NCBI GenBank assembly: GCA_964016885.1
Contig: OZ024742.1
Coordinates: 109,430,001 to 109,494,000 of the forward strand
Origin: Eledone cirrhosa
Taxonomy: Eukaryota
Length of the DNA stretch: 64,000 nt
Reading direction: 5' to 3'
The position numbers and the translations under genes are program-made. Under the pieces are notes generated by a model. The model was given only the letters and a program-made list of their open reading frames with translations. It was not told the DNA's origin and ran no database searches. Positions 31,598 to 45,540 of the stretch are shown here, one piece after another. Positions within the stretch are counted from its first letter, which is position 1. The number at the start of each line of letters is the position of its first letter.

Positions 31598-31674
31598 GGT
31601 ACATATATATATATATATATATGCATGTATGCATGTATGAATGTTTGTATGTATGTGTGTGTGTATGTATGTAT

Positions 31675-32232
31675 GTCAGGTCACCAGTTGGTGCTACTGG
31701 TAACAAGTATCCCAGTACAACCTGTCCCATGGTCGGGTCGTTGATGACTAAACTGGCCACCCCACCAAAGTTTCTTGGTGAGGAGGGTGACTTTGGACAT
31801 CCTGCAGGACTAAAATCAAAACCTGTCAAAGGGAAAAGGAGCTCTTAAGAGTCAATGGTCATCCAAAATCACCGGGAGAGATGACCCCTTAGCCTTTGTC
31901 AAGGCAGAATTCTAGGAGAAAGAAAACTCTGATATAACACCTGCAACCCTGATGGTTAAGAGAGTGGGACTGGCTTTGTGCAGTGCCTTTGCTCACTATA
32001 AAAGCTTCACGGCACAGGCATTGCTTTATATCTGGAGATCTCTCTGCACTTGTCGTCACATGGTACCATGGCCCCAGCACTATGTGTCAATAATTGTCAC
32101 AAGTGTAGTGTTTGTACCAGAGTTTTCAAGTCGCTGGCTGGACTAAAAGTCATACTCGTTCAGCGCATCGGTAGGGTTCTCCTACATGGATATAAAGTAG
32201 TGGCCGTACTCGAAAACGAGTTGGCAGCCACC
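31675..32232 (+). mobile_element. Bipartite RTE-derived element, family 1
   Basis: Reverse complement of 7701-8309 with an internal deletion; (TATG)-like flanks. Confidence 0.8.
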
Positions 32233-32377
32233 ATATATGTATGTATGTTTGTATGTATGTTTGTATGTATAAAGAGACGTTTGTATGTATAAAGAGATGT
32301 ATGTTTGTATGCCTAACGAATATAGATATTGATTATATCTATCATAAAATAGAATATATATATATAAATATATATAA

Positions 32378-32705
32378 CAAAGTGTGGTAAGAAACCAGGT
32401 GGACCATAACGCACCAGGGTACTCGATACTTAGGGTAGTAGAGTGGGTTATAGGAAAAGAGTCAGGACCCCGACGGCTGAGCTCCGGCCGTTTCGACAGC
32501 TAAATCCGAGTTCGGATTTAGCTGTCGGATTCAGCTGTCGGAGTCCCGACTCTTTTCCTGAATGGACCTGTTATTTTTATCTAAAGACATTTTTTCCAAT
32601 TCCATCCCGCCCGTCCCCTCAATCTATTTTATTTCTCATTCTTTCTTCTGACGAAGGACTAGCGTCCGAAACGTTAAGACCCTCTTCCTGCTATATAAAG
32701 CGTTA
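32378..32705 (+). mobile_element. Family B element with hairpin and adjacent hammerhead
   Basis: Homologous to 521-717; internal hairpin GACAGCTAAATCCG..CGGATTTAGCTGTC. Confidence 0.75.
32644..32679 (+). ncRNA. Minimal (dimer-type) hammerhead ribozyme motif
   Basis: TCTT-CTGACGA-a-GGAC tagc GTCC-GAAA-CG-T-T-AAGA; ACGT palindromic stem III as in PLE hammerheads. Confidence 0.75.
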
Positions 32706-32753
32706 ACCTAATATATACCTTCCATATACTGTACCGATTGTGTTGTTAATTTT

Positions 32754-32868
<115 letters not shown>

Positions 32869-33297
32869 GGGAGAAAGAGACGATTATGAGGAAGAAGAAT
32901 ATATGTTTTTCCTTTTTCCTCTCCACATTTTATTATTATTATTATTTTATATATATATATATATATAGTAATAATAATAAATTTGAAGACTGGTAGTAAA
33001 CAGCTACAAACCATGTTCGTTATAGGAATATGCTTACATTTCTAATAAAACGATTCGCCGCTCACTTTGAAGTTGGTTAACATTAATTTGTTATTTTAAT
33101 ATATATGTATATATATATATATACACAGTTCAAGAGTAACTAATCTTAAAGAGAGAGATGGAGATAGGAGAGGAGAAGAGAGATTGGTGAATTAGTTAGA
33201 TGCCAAAGCGTAAAGTCATGTGCTCAATGTGCAGTATGCAGTAGAAAGCAGCTAGGTGGCTGGGTTCACGCAGAGGTTAGGTGCACAGAGCTTGAAA

Positions 33298-34225
33298 TAT
33301 TCATTAGTTAAGCAAAACAAGACCACAAATTTCACAAGGAAGACATTATTAAAAGATTGTCAACATAGTTTTAGTTTAATGTAAGGAATGTAGAAAATAA
33401 TAATAATAATACTAATAATGTCCGTTTCCAATTATTTCGCTACTCCATATAATGTTTCTGGATAAAATGATTATAGATCATTATTGATCTGGTTCAGTTG
33501 AAGATAATTAACTTAAGTAAAATTGAAGCAGTTCATCGGAACTTCAAAAAGAATATAAATTAAGGTAAAAAAGATGGTTACATGAATGTAATGTTCCATA
33601 TATTGGTATTTCACTAAGGTGTCCTGGGTATATCTATTGTCTGCCATAGGCGAGCAATATTCTTCTGTCGAGGCTGCATTATGTGAGATCTGCCTATGGG
33701 TGAAATACCATAGTGAAATACCAATATATGGAACATTACATTCATGTAACCATCTTTTTTACCTTAATTTATATTCCTTTTGAAGTTCCAATGAACTGCT
33801 CCAATTTTACATAAGTTAATTATCTTCGACTGAACCAGATCAATAATTGTTTCTACATTTGGCACAAGGCCAGCAAGTACCCAGTACATTACTGAAACTT
33901 TATTTTATCGACCCCGTAAGGATGAAAGGCAAAGTTAACCTCGGCGGGATTTGAACTCATAATGGCAAGGGCCGTAACTCTATGCGCCAAAGCATGGCAT
34001 CCGACACTCTACCAATACTGCCAATCCACCGCCCAATTCACTCAATAATGATCTATAATCATTTGATCCAGAAACATTATATAGAGTAGCGAAACAATTG
34101 TAAACGGACATTATTAGTATTATTATTATTATTCTCTGCATTCCTTACATTAAACTAAAACTATGTTGACAATCTTTTAATAATGGCTTCCTTGTGAAAT
34201 TTGTGGTCTTGTTTTGCTTAACTAA

Positions 34226-34231
<6 letters not shown>
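33298..34231. repeat. Diverged ~320-bp-arm palindrome with a SINE inserted in the right arm
   Basis: 33298-33616 mirrors 33711-33847 plus 34042-34231. Confidence 0.9.
33846..34034 (-). mobile_element. SINE family 1, target-site duplication TCAATAAT
   Basis: Full reverse-strand copy; the empty site is preserved in the left palindrome arm. Confidence 0.92.
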
Positions 34232-34318
<87 letters not shown>

Positions 34319-34741
34319 TATGATTACGTAATACCTGATGGTGGCGGAGGGACTCCGTATTGATATTCAGCGTTTCCTGGATATGTTAAGCCTGTGTACA
34401 GCAGATTTCTTCCAGAGAAGGATAGAATGTGAGAGGGAGGTTGTGAGAAAGAGATATAGAGGATGAATCGACCTCAATACAAGACTTGCCACCCCGTAAG
34501 ACTCACTAACTGAGGGTAAGCCAACATCAAAAACAATGTTTCATATATTTCACCATAAGCTATACATTATTAAAATTCTATGGTTATGCCCACTATCGCC
34601 ATTATCACCTTCTTCATTTTCATACAGCCCTTTCCTTTACCACCCTGTCCACCCTATCTTAATTACCTCTTCTCAATTAAATCCCCCTTCCCCACTTTGA
34701 GTCTTTCTTTATTTATACTGTGTCTGTTATTGAAACGTTTG

Positions 34742-34793
34742 TTCTTCTCTGATGACACTGAGATAAACAGGTGAAACTCCAGAGTTATAAGAC
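34742..34793 (+). ncRNA. Hammerhead ribozyme-like motif
   Basis: TCTTCT-CTGATGA-caCTG agataaa CAGgt-GAAA-CTC ca GAG-T-T-ATAAGA. Confidence 0.65.
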
Positions 34794-35019
34794 TCACTAT
34801 TTAGCCTTAATAAAAATGAATATTAAATCTCTTTTCACGCAGCCGTCAACCACATACGTATTTATATGTGTGTGTGTGTGTGTGTGTGTATGTGAGTGAG
34901 TGCGTGCGTGCGTGCAATATAAGAGATCTGCTAATGCCGAGAGGTAAATAGCTTTAACTTGGAATCGAACTTTGTTCACCAAATATATCAGCTGCTTTTT
35001 GCTGCTCGGCACTTCCAAT

Positions 35020-35350
35020 GTGTTGGATGTCTATCGGTTCCGACAACGAATGTTCCAATTGATCTGACAAAGGAACAATCTGTTGTGAAATTAACATGTA
35101 AATGGTTGAGCATTCCACAGACACGTGTATGTATGTAATTTTCAAGGAGATTCGGTCTGACATAGTATGTGACAAATCTTTCCTATTTTAATTGCAGGTA
35201 CAGCTCATATATTTCCAGATGACTGGAGTGGAACAACGTGAGTGAATTAAAGTGTTGTTTTTTTAAAGCAAACTCACCGCTTGTTCCAACAAACGATATC
35301 ACGACTTTACGATTGTTAGTCTAACACCTTAACCACTAAGCCAGGCATCT
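35020..35350 (-). mobile_element. Degenerate SINE family 2
   Basis: Homologous to 16330-16650 and 41600-41830. Confidence 0.55.
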
Positions 35351-36374
35351 TTACTCTTTCAATAGAAGCAACTTAAAAAATATAAGCAATCAAAAGCAAA
35401 AACTAAACTTGGATCCATTAAAGATTAACTTAACTATTATTTCCAGTACTTCTGAAGCTATTTTCTGTTCGTATGTAGTTTGTGATTGAGCTGAGTAAAT
35501 TTAGCTTTGTCAGGATTAACTTAACATCTGATTCCACTTTTAGTATACACTTTGCGACTTAATGTCGAGTGATTAACCAGATCAGAATCAATTTGATCAC
35601 AAATCCTTGCTCTAAACTCAAGCTCTAGCTTTGGTAACTTTTAGAATAATTTCTGAATGGCAGCAATACAACAGATGAGATTTGGTAAATAATCAAAAAC
35701 GATTCTGTGGCACTGGCAGATATTTGAAAGTAGTGATGTAAAAGTCGTTAAAACATCGAATAGGATTCTTTACGGTATTCATAATGGTTTCTGTGCTCTG
35801 AGTTCAAATCCCACCGAGGTCAATTATGCCTATCATGCTTTCGAAGTTGATAAATAAATAAAGCATCAGTCCAGTCCTGTGGTCGATTCTTCAACCCCCA
35901 CCCTCTCTCTCTCACTCTCTCTCTCTGGAGGAAATTAACTGTGTTCATACCTGGAGATAGATGGGATTCACCAAATTAAATATTTCCCGATGACTCCATC
36001 AAGATACTAAAAACCCAGGGATGCTCTCTTCTCTTTTCAGTGTAATAATTTCAGGAATTTGGACGGAAAATCCTGTTTTTTTGTTGTTTTTTGTTTTAGT
36101 TTGTTTATTTTGTTTTGTTTTGTTTTTCAATTTTTGTTACTTTTCTTTCTATTAATAAGCTTCTATCTCTTAGCTGCTGGTCTAGCAAGTTCTCACACGT
36201 CAGAAAAATAAAGGTCTATATATTTGCCTCTTTATCATATATATAGAGAGTTTCAGAAGATCCCGTTAAGGGTGAAAGCACCGATTCTCTGCTTAAACTT
36301 TAATCTGTTATTTTAATAAATATATATATATATATATATATGTGTGTGCATGTGTGTGTGCGTGTGTGTATATG

Positions 36375-36438
<64 letters not shown>

Positions 36439-36464
36439 CATGTGTGTGTGCGTGTGTGTATATG

Positions 36465-36513
<49 letters not shown>

Positions 36514-36538
36514 GTGTATGTATATATATATACATATA

Positions 36539-36578
<40 letters not shown>

Positions 36579-36789
36579 TATATATAGATATATATATATA
36601 TATACATATATATACACGTATATATATATTTATGTGTGTGTGTTTAGAACAATGTAAACAGAACAATAGTCAGGTAGTTAATTAGTTCATTGTTTTTCGA
36701 TCGTTTCAGAGGGTCAATTGATCATGGAAGATCGATGTATCGACTGGCATGCTAGTGGTAGTAGTTGTAGTAAAACCAATAATAATTGG

Positions 36790-37590
36790 TTCATTTATTG
36801 GCCACAATGACCTATTTATAGGGAACAATACAAAGACGGGAACAGTGGCGTTTACATAAATCGTGTAAAAAAGATAAAACCAACTAACAAAAGATATAAA
36901 CAGAATTCCCGGGGTGACTCAGACACCCCACCAATCCTAAGCCACCTAATGCTCGAAGAGCACTGGGGAAGGGCTCCCCGCCCCTCCTGAAATCAACCAG
37001 CCTACAGGTACATGCTCAGAGTAAGCCGATTCATACGAGCCATTTTCGCAACATCTAGCCACCTTTTAGCAAATGTATGCGGGGGGGGGGGGGGGGCATT
37101 TCTCTCTGCCCTCTCATCTTCCTTTCCACGTGAAACTCGAAAGGTTGATGAGGAATTTGCCGAAGAGAAAGTATCTGTCTTCAGACCTTTCAACCTGGTC
37201 CCTCCACACAACCAACCAGATGAAGGAAAACTGTCTGCCCTTCCCGACCTGAAGAAGGTGGCGGAACGATCTTCACTATGAACTCTTTCGATAGCCGAAT
37301 ACGTCCTACACGCTGTAACAGCTGTTCGACATAATTCTTCATAAGTCTTCACGGTCACTGTACGAGTGCGTATAAAACGGTTTCGGGAAGGTCCCTTTGA
37401 CAGCACTTCCATGCTCCAAAGTAGCACTGCCAAGCGAGGGATTTCTGGAAGTTATCCATAGTCCCCAGCTCGAAAGTCCTCAGGAACTGACTGATCAGTT
37501 CGATTTCGTCGACACTCAGAGCCTCTCCAAGACCCCCGTCGCACTGTCCCATCACTAATCCTCTATAGAACTCAAGGGTGGAATTTCCAC
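36790..37590 (-). mobile_element. Decayed Tx1/L1-type LINE 3' fragment
   Basis: MDNFQKSLAWQCY, ETVLYALVQ, TRLKGLKTDTF and KRWLDVAKMAR match 43750-44230; reverse-strand GTGGCCAATAAA end. Confidence 0.85.
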
Positions 37591-38369
37591 TGCAGTAATA
37601 ACAGTACTACAATAGTAGCATGTAGTCATCTTAATTGTAGTAGCTAGAGAATTCACTTAAAGGATTGTGATAAGTTGATGGAATTGTGTGTATGGACCTA
37701 TTGACCAATACTAGCCGTATGCGACGGTTTGTGGGATCATAAGTAAGATAGTCGTTCAGTGTAGTCAAAATTAACAGGGAATAAGTAGCTGGGTAGATAG
37801 CTGCTACCTTAGTATTTGGAGACAAATTCAACAACTGGCCTTTATCATCGTTGGTGTTTTGAGGTTGGGGAATGTAGTGTAATTTTCCGAAACAACGTAA
37901 TATGCCATTTCTGTCAGAATCACACATGGCGATAAATTCACGAATGTATAAAAACAGCTCAGACACTGACAGACAGTGATATCGCCACAAATATCCCTAG
38001 ACAAAAGAATTTATTATGAGAATGTATAGACAATCCTATACACACCCTGCCGTATACATACACCTTTTTATCGATTCATATCCCTTAGTGATCGATATAA
38101 TCAGATACTCAGATGGGTTTTCCGAGCATGTACTGGTATCTAACCAATAGACACAGATGTCTACATTCGTGCATACACACATACAGATACATACGTATAG
38201 TCATATATCTATATTGGCTTACCTATGGACATACTCATATATATATAAATGCGCAATTATACATATATACACGCATACACACAAAGAATTACCTACATGC
38301 ACATCTACATACACAAACAGGCACACAGATATTTATACATACACAGATACACACACACAGATATATGTA

Positions 38370-38470
<101 letters not shown>

Positions 38471-38484
38471 GTATATATATATGT

Positions 38485-38810
<326 letters not shown>

Positions 38811-39357
38811 ATACATATATATATATATACAAATATACATCTGTACACATACATATACATGCTCATACATATTCGTTTATATTATTTAGACACGTACATA
38901 GGTGTATATACAACCAAGACTAAATGGAAAATATTCCTATGAATACGTGAGTACGAGCATGAAGGCAAATATAAATGTACACACACACACAAGTATGCAT
39001 GCATTCAATTCGGGTATAATGTGAACAGAGAGGTAAACATTTAATTTAGGTATAATGTGAACAGGTAGGTAAATATATAGGTAAAATTGCGAAGGTAAAA
39101 GAAAAAACGTGGAAAAATTAGGGGTAAGGTTGCAGTGAAGAGGGTGGTAGATATATCAACGGGAAGAGCCTCTGCCAATTATTATTTTTTTTTTTTTTTT
39201 GTAGTCGGACAGGCAGTTCATTTCTAGTGTTCGGCAGACGGCCATCTTGTTACCAACTGGTGCAACGAGGCATTATCCAATGCAACTTAGATTGTCCAAT
39301 GCATTGAAATATCGATATGATTGAAGGGTTCAAAGTTTTGGCTTATGTACATTCATT

Positions 39358-39550
39358 AAGGGCAGTGGATTGACAGTATCAGTAGAAGGTCGGACGCCAT
39401 GCTTTCCAGCATAGTTATGTCCCTTTACGATCTGAGTTCAAATCCCGCCGAGGTTGACTTTGCCTTTCATCCTTACGGGGTCGATAAAATAAAGTACCAG
39501 TAATGCACTGGGTAATTGCTGGCCTTGTGCCTAAAGTAGAAACAATTATT
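39358..39550 (+). mobile_element. tRNA-derived SINE family 1, full length
   Basis: A/B boxes and Nin/Deu-like core; near-identical to 48764-48950. Confidence 0.92.
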
Positions 39551-40732
39551 TGTTAAATTATTGCAAAATTGAGATAACTAATTGAGCCAACCGGCGCAAG
39601 CTTGTGTGTGTTTGCGCACGTAATAAGTCGCACGGGGAGTGGGAGTAGTATCCCATGTAAGGTAGTGCCCGCATTGTGACAATCGTGCCATAATATGCTT
39701 ATATACTTTTTTTATAGAGTATTTATTAGTTAATTCGCTGGTTATTTTTCAATCCGTCAGAGTCTCTCAGTGGTCCTGTGTGTAAACCATGAAAGTTGGA
39801 GGATTAAGCGTATTGAGAGTAAAAGTTATGAGGTAGCATAAATGGTAAGGTGAGTTAAAGGAAATAGCGTATTATTTGACACGTATGTGTAATATTCTGT
39901 TATGGTGTACTTCTGAGCTATGTAAGGATTATTATCTTTGGCAGAATCTAAGATGGATCATATTATTACTGTCTATGTGATATTTGCTGTTTTCTCTCAA
40001 TGGCGTTTGGGTTTTAATTTAAAGTTAATTGGTTGTATATAATAATAACTTTTAACATTACTATCATTCTTCCGTAGTTTTCTTGTTTGTTATATCCTTC
40101 ATATTACAATAACGTAGAAAACAATACTCGTCACCATAAACTAAATATTCGCACGGATTACTACATTTACATATGGATTTTGAGGCTTTTCAGATTACTC
40201 TTTGGCTTCGTTCTCTTGTGATATTACAACTGTTTTCTGCTGTGACTGACCTTTACGGTATTTCCATTAAATACTTAACAATACTTATAATTATTGTCTG
40301 CAACGGAAGTGTGGTAGTAGAATGACTACAGCAACTGACACAATATTTGTGGTATTTAGATACGCCGTTTACGTTTTATTTAGAGTTAGCTACCCATACA
40401 CGTGAATGGCTAACCTTAAATGCTTTTCATATTTTATAATAGTATATCTTGTTATAATTATTTTTGTTCTATATTTTATTCTTATTTCCAATTTTAATAC
40501 ATCTATTGTTATATAAAAACCAACGTTTTTATATATAACTTGTTCAGCCCCACAAGTATTGTAAGCTCTTTGTTCTTAATATTTATTGTATTCTATTTGA
40601 ATGCCCTTTTGGTTAATAATGGAAAAATTATCATTATTTTTACATCAGAGAGAATTATTACATTTGGTTGGGAGCGACATACGTTCAAATATTGAAGGGT
40701 TAAAATGCTTTGCTGAGATGATGTTCTAAAAG

Positions 40733-40957
40733 ATTAACTCTTAAAATCCTTTAATTGTTTTAGCAGGAAATGTTTAAACAGATTTGTTTAACTAAAATGT
40801 TTATAGTGTATTTATTGGTGGGCAGATTATTGTAAAAATGTGCACTATTACATTAAAGACTTTAATTATTAATGTGATGCAGTAAAATTGTTGTTAGTAA
40901 TTTTTCAAGAATGTCTTGTTAGTGAGGTTTCATGTGGTACAGGACGTTACGAGTTAA
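40733..40957. repeat. Old diverged repeat, second copy at 45096-45324
   Basis: Collinear anchors ATTAA.TCTTAA, TTTAGCAG, GTGATGCAGTAA, TTCAAGAATGTCTTG, GGTTTCATGTG, GAGTTAAT. Confidence 0.65.
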
Positions 40958-41599
40958 TGCTATATTAACAAGCATTTCGGGTGTCTAACACTTACGGTAT
41001 AACTTGTCAATATCTTCACATAAGCCATAGTGTATCATTTGCTTTGAGTATCATTCATAAATGGAATAATGGACACATTTCTTACATGCCATAACGCACT
41101 CAATTGAATAAATATCTCTAAGTTTGTCTAATTCTTTAACATTTTTCAATTGGCGTTCTGTACAACATTACAGTATCTGCGCCATTGCTACGTCAATTAT
41201 TAATAGGTTATTTGTCATTTACATACTAGAAATTAATGTGAGGTTTGTGTGCAAGTTGGTGGTTTTCGCCTGAATTGGTACAATCTGCAATAGGATCATT
41301 GGTAGAAAGATGTTCGCAAAAATATCACATGTTATTGTTGCTTTTTTTTTCTTTTTATGTATGAAGCTGAAAGTGAAAGTATATAGACATGTTTTAACGT
41401 ATATAGATTTGTTTTATGGCAGCTACAAAACAAAGAATAAATATATTGACACACAGTCACAATACGGTGTACTATTACTGCAAACAGGCAATAGAACTCA
41501 GCGTTTGTCATTTATTGTGCAGGTGCTTGGCTAAGGGTGCGTGGTTAAGGGTGCTCGGTTAGTACTTCAGTTGTTCGAACAATAAAATAACCAGTCCAT

Positions 41600-41830
41600 G
41601 ACATTAACGTACAAATGGCTGAATATTCCCTAGACACATACACCTTTATCGTAGTTCTCAGAGATCCAGCATGACAAGGCTGATCCTTTGTGTTATAAGT
41701 ACGACTCATTTTCCATCTGAGTGAACTGGAGCAACGTGAAGTAAAGTGTTATGCTCAAGGGCTCAATGCGCTTCCGATAATCGAACTCACGACCTTACAA
41801 TCATTAGCCGAACACGCTAACTACACGTAT
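41600..41830 (-). mobile_element. SINE family 2
   Basis: CTGAGTGAACTGGAGCAACGTGAAGTAAAGTG..ATCGAACTCACGACCTTAC. Confidence 0.65.
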
Positions 41831-42620
41831 TCACTAAAGAAATGCAGTATATATCAACAAAAAAAGCACCTAGTGTCAATACTGATCATATTTTGGGGAA
41901 TTGATATATACAGCAGATATAGACCTAACACAAAATGTTTAGCTAAGAAGTTTCGGGTCGATTTATATGCCAGGTCAGCCTATATATCTATTGATACGTC
42001 AGCAATTCCATCATTATACTTTTTACTGTTGTCAGTTTTGATTTATAGTTCTGACTAGAGCAACCACATTATATATTATCATCTCATCTCATATTGATAG
42101 GGTTTCTCTTATTTGATCCTATTATTATTTTGTTTTGTTTTGTTTCTCATTTACGACGGAGGTGTTCATACCCGCCCAAGAAGGTTGGTTATTTTGAGTT
42201 GTTATAAAGTGGAATTTGTTGAATATTTTTGTTATGAGATATCAACTTGAAAGAAATCTCTTGGTTTTGCAGCTGCGGCTGCGAATGTGCTGCTGTTGTT
42301 GTTGTTGTTGCTAGTGCTGGTGGTGTCATTTGTCTTGTCGTCGTCGCTCTTCCTCTCATTGCTAACAGAAAATTATAAGTGGGCCAAATATTTGAAGTAA
42401 TTTTTTTCTGTCAAAAATATGCATGGAATACGCCCCTTCACGTTGAGCCGGCTATTACTTGACAGCGGCTCAAACGTTGAGAAGAGTGACACTGCTCCCA
42501 CCATTATGAAAACTACCACCACTTTAGGCAGTATCATCAACAATAACAACAACAGCAGCACCAACAACAAAAACAAAAGAAATGAGAGCAGCAATGACAA
42601 CATTTTGTTTATTAATATTT

Positions 42621-42823
42621 GTTGCAGTATCAGTAGAGCCTCAGACACCATGCTTTGCAGCACATAGTTATGGTCCTTTACTTTCTGAGTTCAAATTCCG
42701 CCGACGTTAGCTTTGCCTTTCATCCTTACGGGATCGATAAAATAAAATACCAGTAATGCAGTGGGTCGATTTTATCGACTTTTCTCTCCCCAAAAATTGT
42801 TGGCCTTGAGCCTAAATCAGAAA
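42621..42823 (+). mobile_element. SINE family 1 variant
   Basis: B-box and Nin/Deu-like core. Confidence 0.85.
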
Positions 42824-44575
42824 CCCCGTTACTGCACAAACTGGGGCGGTGAGGGGCGTCCCACGCGAACTAGGATGCGGCAAATCCGAATCGGCTTACG
42901 CCGACGACGTCACCGTGGTGGGGTCGAGCACCAGACACGTCCAGATGCTCGGCACCGCTTTCAAGGAATACGAAGCGGTGACAGGAGCAAAGATAAACCA
43001 GGAAAAGTCGGTGGGCTTGCAGCTCGGCACCTGGAGAGGCAAGTCCATGCCGTCCGACAGCGTCGTGGGGCATTGGACGGACGGACCGGTTAAATTGCTC
43101 GGGGTCTGGTTCGGACCGGACCTCCAGATGGAGAAAAACTGGAGCGAGGTGATGAGCAAGGTGGCCTCCCTCGCCCAGAAATGGGCTGAGAGGAAGCTGT
43201 TCCTGAAAGGCCAGACGGAGGTGGCGAATGCGTACATCGCATCCGTCATCTGCTACCGCCTCACCGTCGTCCCTTGCCCCGGCCCAACTCTCACCAAAAT
43301 GGAGCGCCTCCTCTTCCGCTTTTTGTGGAAGGGACGCGCTCCCATGGTCAGACGATCCATCTGCTGTCAACACCCGTTGCGTGGAGGACTGGGTATGCCA
43401 TGGCTGATGATGCGCAAACATGCGCTGAGGCTGCGACATCTCTGGTGCTTCCTTGACGGTGAACAGGTGTGGTCGCCATTCGCCAGGCACGTTTTCCCAC
43501 AGCTCGTCTCCTTGACGGAGCTGCAGTCCTGGGTCAGGAAAAGACCGAGGGATAGCGCTTGGAAACTGGAATGTCTCCAGGCGCTCACTGCCCTCTGCCA
43601 ACTGGGCATCAGTATCGGTGGAATATCCACCTCGGCGTTCTATAGAGGACTAGTGGAGGGGAAGAGCGACGACGTTCTCGGAGAGATCCTGGGCGTCGAA
43701 GAAGATCGGGTGTTTGTTCTCTTCCGGAGAACTTTTAGCCCAGGGCCTATGGATAACTTTCAAAAATCCCTGGCCTGGCAGTGCTACCGGGGAGCGTTGC
43801 CGGTTCGAGATAAGCTCTACAGGCACGGAAGTGCCGTCAGCCGAGCCTGTCCGAGATGCGCGCAGAGCGACGAAACCGTCGTGCACGCACTCGTTCAGTG
43901 TCCGAGCATTGCTGACTTGTGGAGCTATGTCGAACAGTTGCTATCGCGTGTAGGACTAATCCGGTTATAGACTGAGTCCATTGTGCCGATGGTCTCGCCG
44001 TCTTCCTTCGAGGAGGAAGGACAGGTGGTTTTCATCTGCCTGGTGGCCATGGCGAAAGAGATTGTGTGGTGGACAAGATTGAAAGGATTAAAGACAGATA
44101 CTTTCCTCTTCAGCGAATCCCTAATTAACTTTTTCAAGTTTCACTTGAAGAAGAAAATCAGGGTGGAGAGACAAGTGCTGCCTTCTAGCAAGTTTGTTGA
44201 AAGGTGGGTAAATGTAGCGAGAATGGTTCGAGTGAACGGGACCGCTCTGAATATACGCCTGTAGTTTGAGAAATGGAAAAATTGAGAGAGGGCGCTTGCC
44301 CTGGTGGTCAGGGTGGCCGTGGTCTTTTGTGTGGTTTTCGCCACGAGCAACCCTCGGAGGTTTCCCCCCTATTGGGGAATTTTTCATTGTTTCAATTTTC
44401 ATTTTTATTGTTTATATATATATATATATGTTTCTATGTCTTTTTCTTTTTCTTTTCTTATATAAATAATAAAAATCTTTACACGAACAAAACCCACATC
44501 GTACCGTCCTGTACCGCCCTGTGCCATCTGTAATGTTTTTCTTGATGTCAGCCCTTGTGGCCAATAAAGAAATCA
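42824..44575 (+). mobile_element. 5'-truncated Tx1/L1-clade LINE (RT C-terminal half plus zf-RVT)
   Basis: SAYADDVTV, GAKINQEKS, KLLGVWF, GGLG, CPRC..ETVVHALVQCP; one in-frame TAG at 43968; ORF ends ~44264; AATAAAGAAA then a (TAG)n tract. Confidence 0.92.
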
Positions 44576-44592
44576 TTAGTAGTAGCAGCAGC

Positions 44593-44656
<64 letters not shown>

Positions 44657-45540
44657 TGTTACTGTTGTTGTTTTATCCTGAATTTCTATATTGGTGTGAT
44701 TGGATATTGTTTATCCTTGCCTATAGGTTAGGTTAGTTCCAGAACTAAAGAGATTTATATTTATAGTAAGCAGCTTATGTCTGCCAATGTCAGCTCAGCT
44801 CCAATAATGGTTTCTCTCCCTCACACACATACACACTCACACACACTATCTTTATCTCTCTTTCTCTCACTCACTTGATATATTTTGGTTTCGTTTACGT
44901 TTTGTAAAGAATATAGCCATCATCATAAATAAACCAATCCCTTAAAATATTACAGCTATCATCATGAATTGATCATATGAGACAATCCCTTAAATTATTA
45001 CAACCATCGTCATAAACAGATCATATATATTAATACCTTAAATTATTAGAGCCATCATCTTAAAGAAGATATTTCCAGATCTGTTAATTGATTTCATTAA
45101 TTCTTAACATCCTGTAATGCTTTAGCAGAAAATATCTAAAAACGTGTGTGTTAATTCAAAAGTCTATCTTAGAATCTCTAATGGACAGATCGTTGTGATA
45201 AATGCAATAAACTAAAGTAAATACTTTAAATGTTTTTAGGTGATGCAGTAATAATGCTGTTTTGTACTGTTCAAGAATGTCTTGCTAATGTGGTTTCATG
45301 TGTTATATACCGCTAAGAGTTAATCAGATTCCTCATTTTTGATGTCTTGTACTTGTCATCTTCCAAGGTTTGATAAAATTAAGTACCAGTCATGTGCTGA
45401 GTTCGATCTAATTGATACCACCACCACCCCATGTTGCTAGACGTGTACCTAAATTAGAAAACATTATTATCATTAGTTCTGTTCATTTGTCTTTTCAGTT
45501 TTCTTTGCAATACAATTCAATATATGTATATATATATATT

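Noticed and set aside
40194-40257. Possible small host exon (TTTCAG..GTATTT, open frame)
   Set aside because: No recognisable homology or partner exons; chance splice-like sites are common
42870-43601. 243-aa minus-strand ORF
   Set aside because: Antisense shadow of the GC-rich Tx1-like RT ORF
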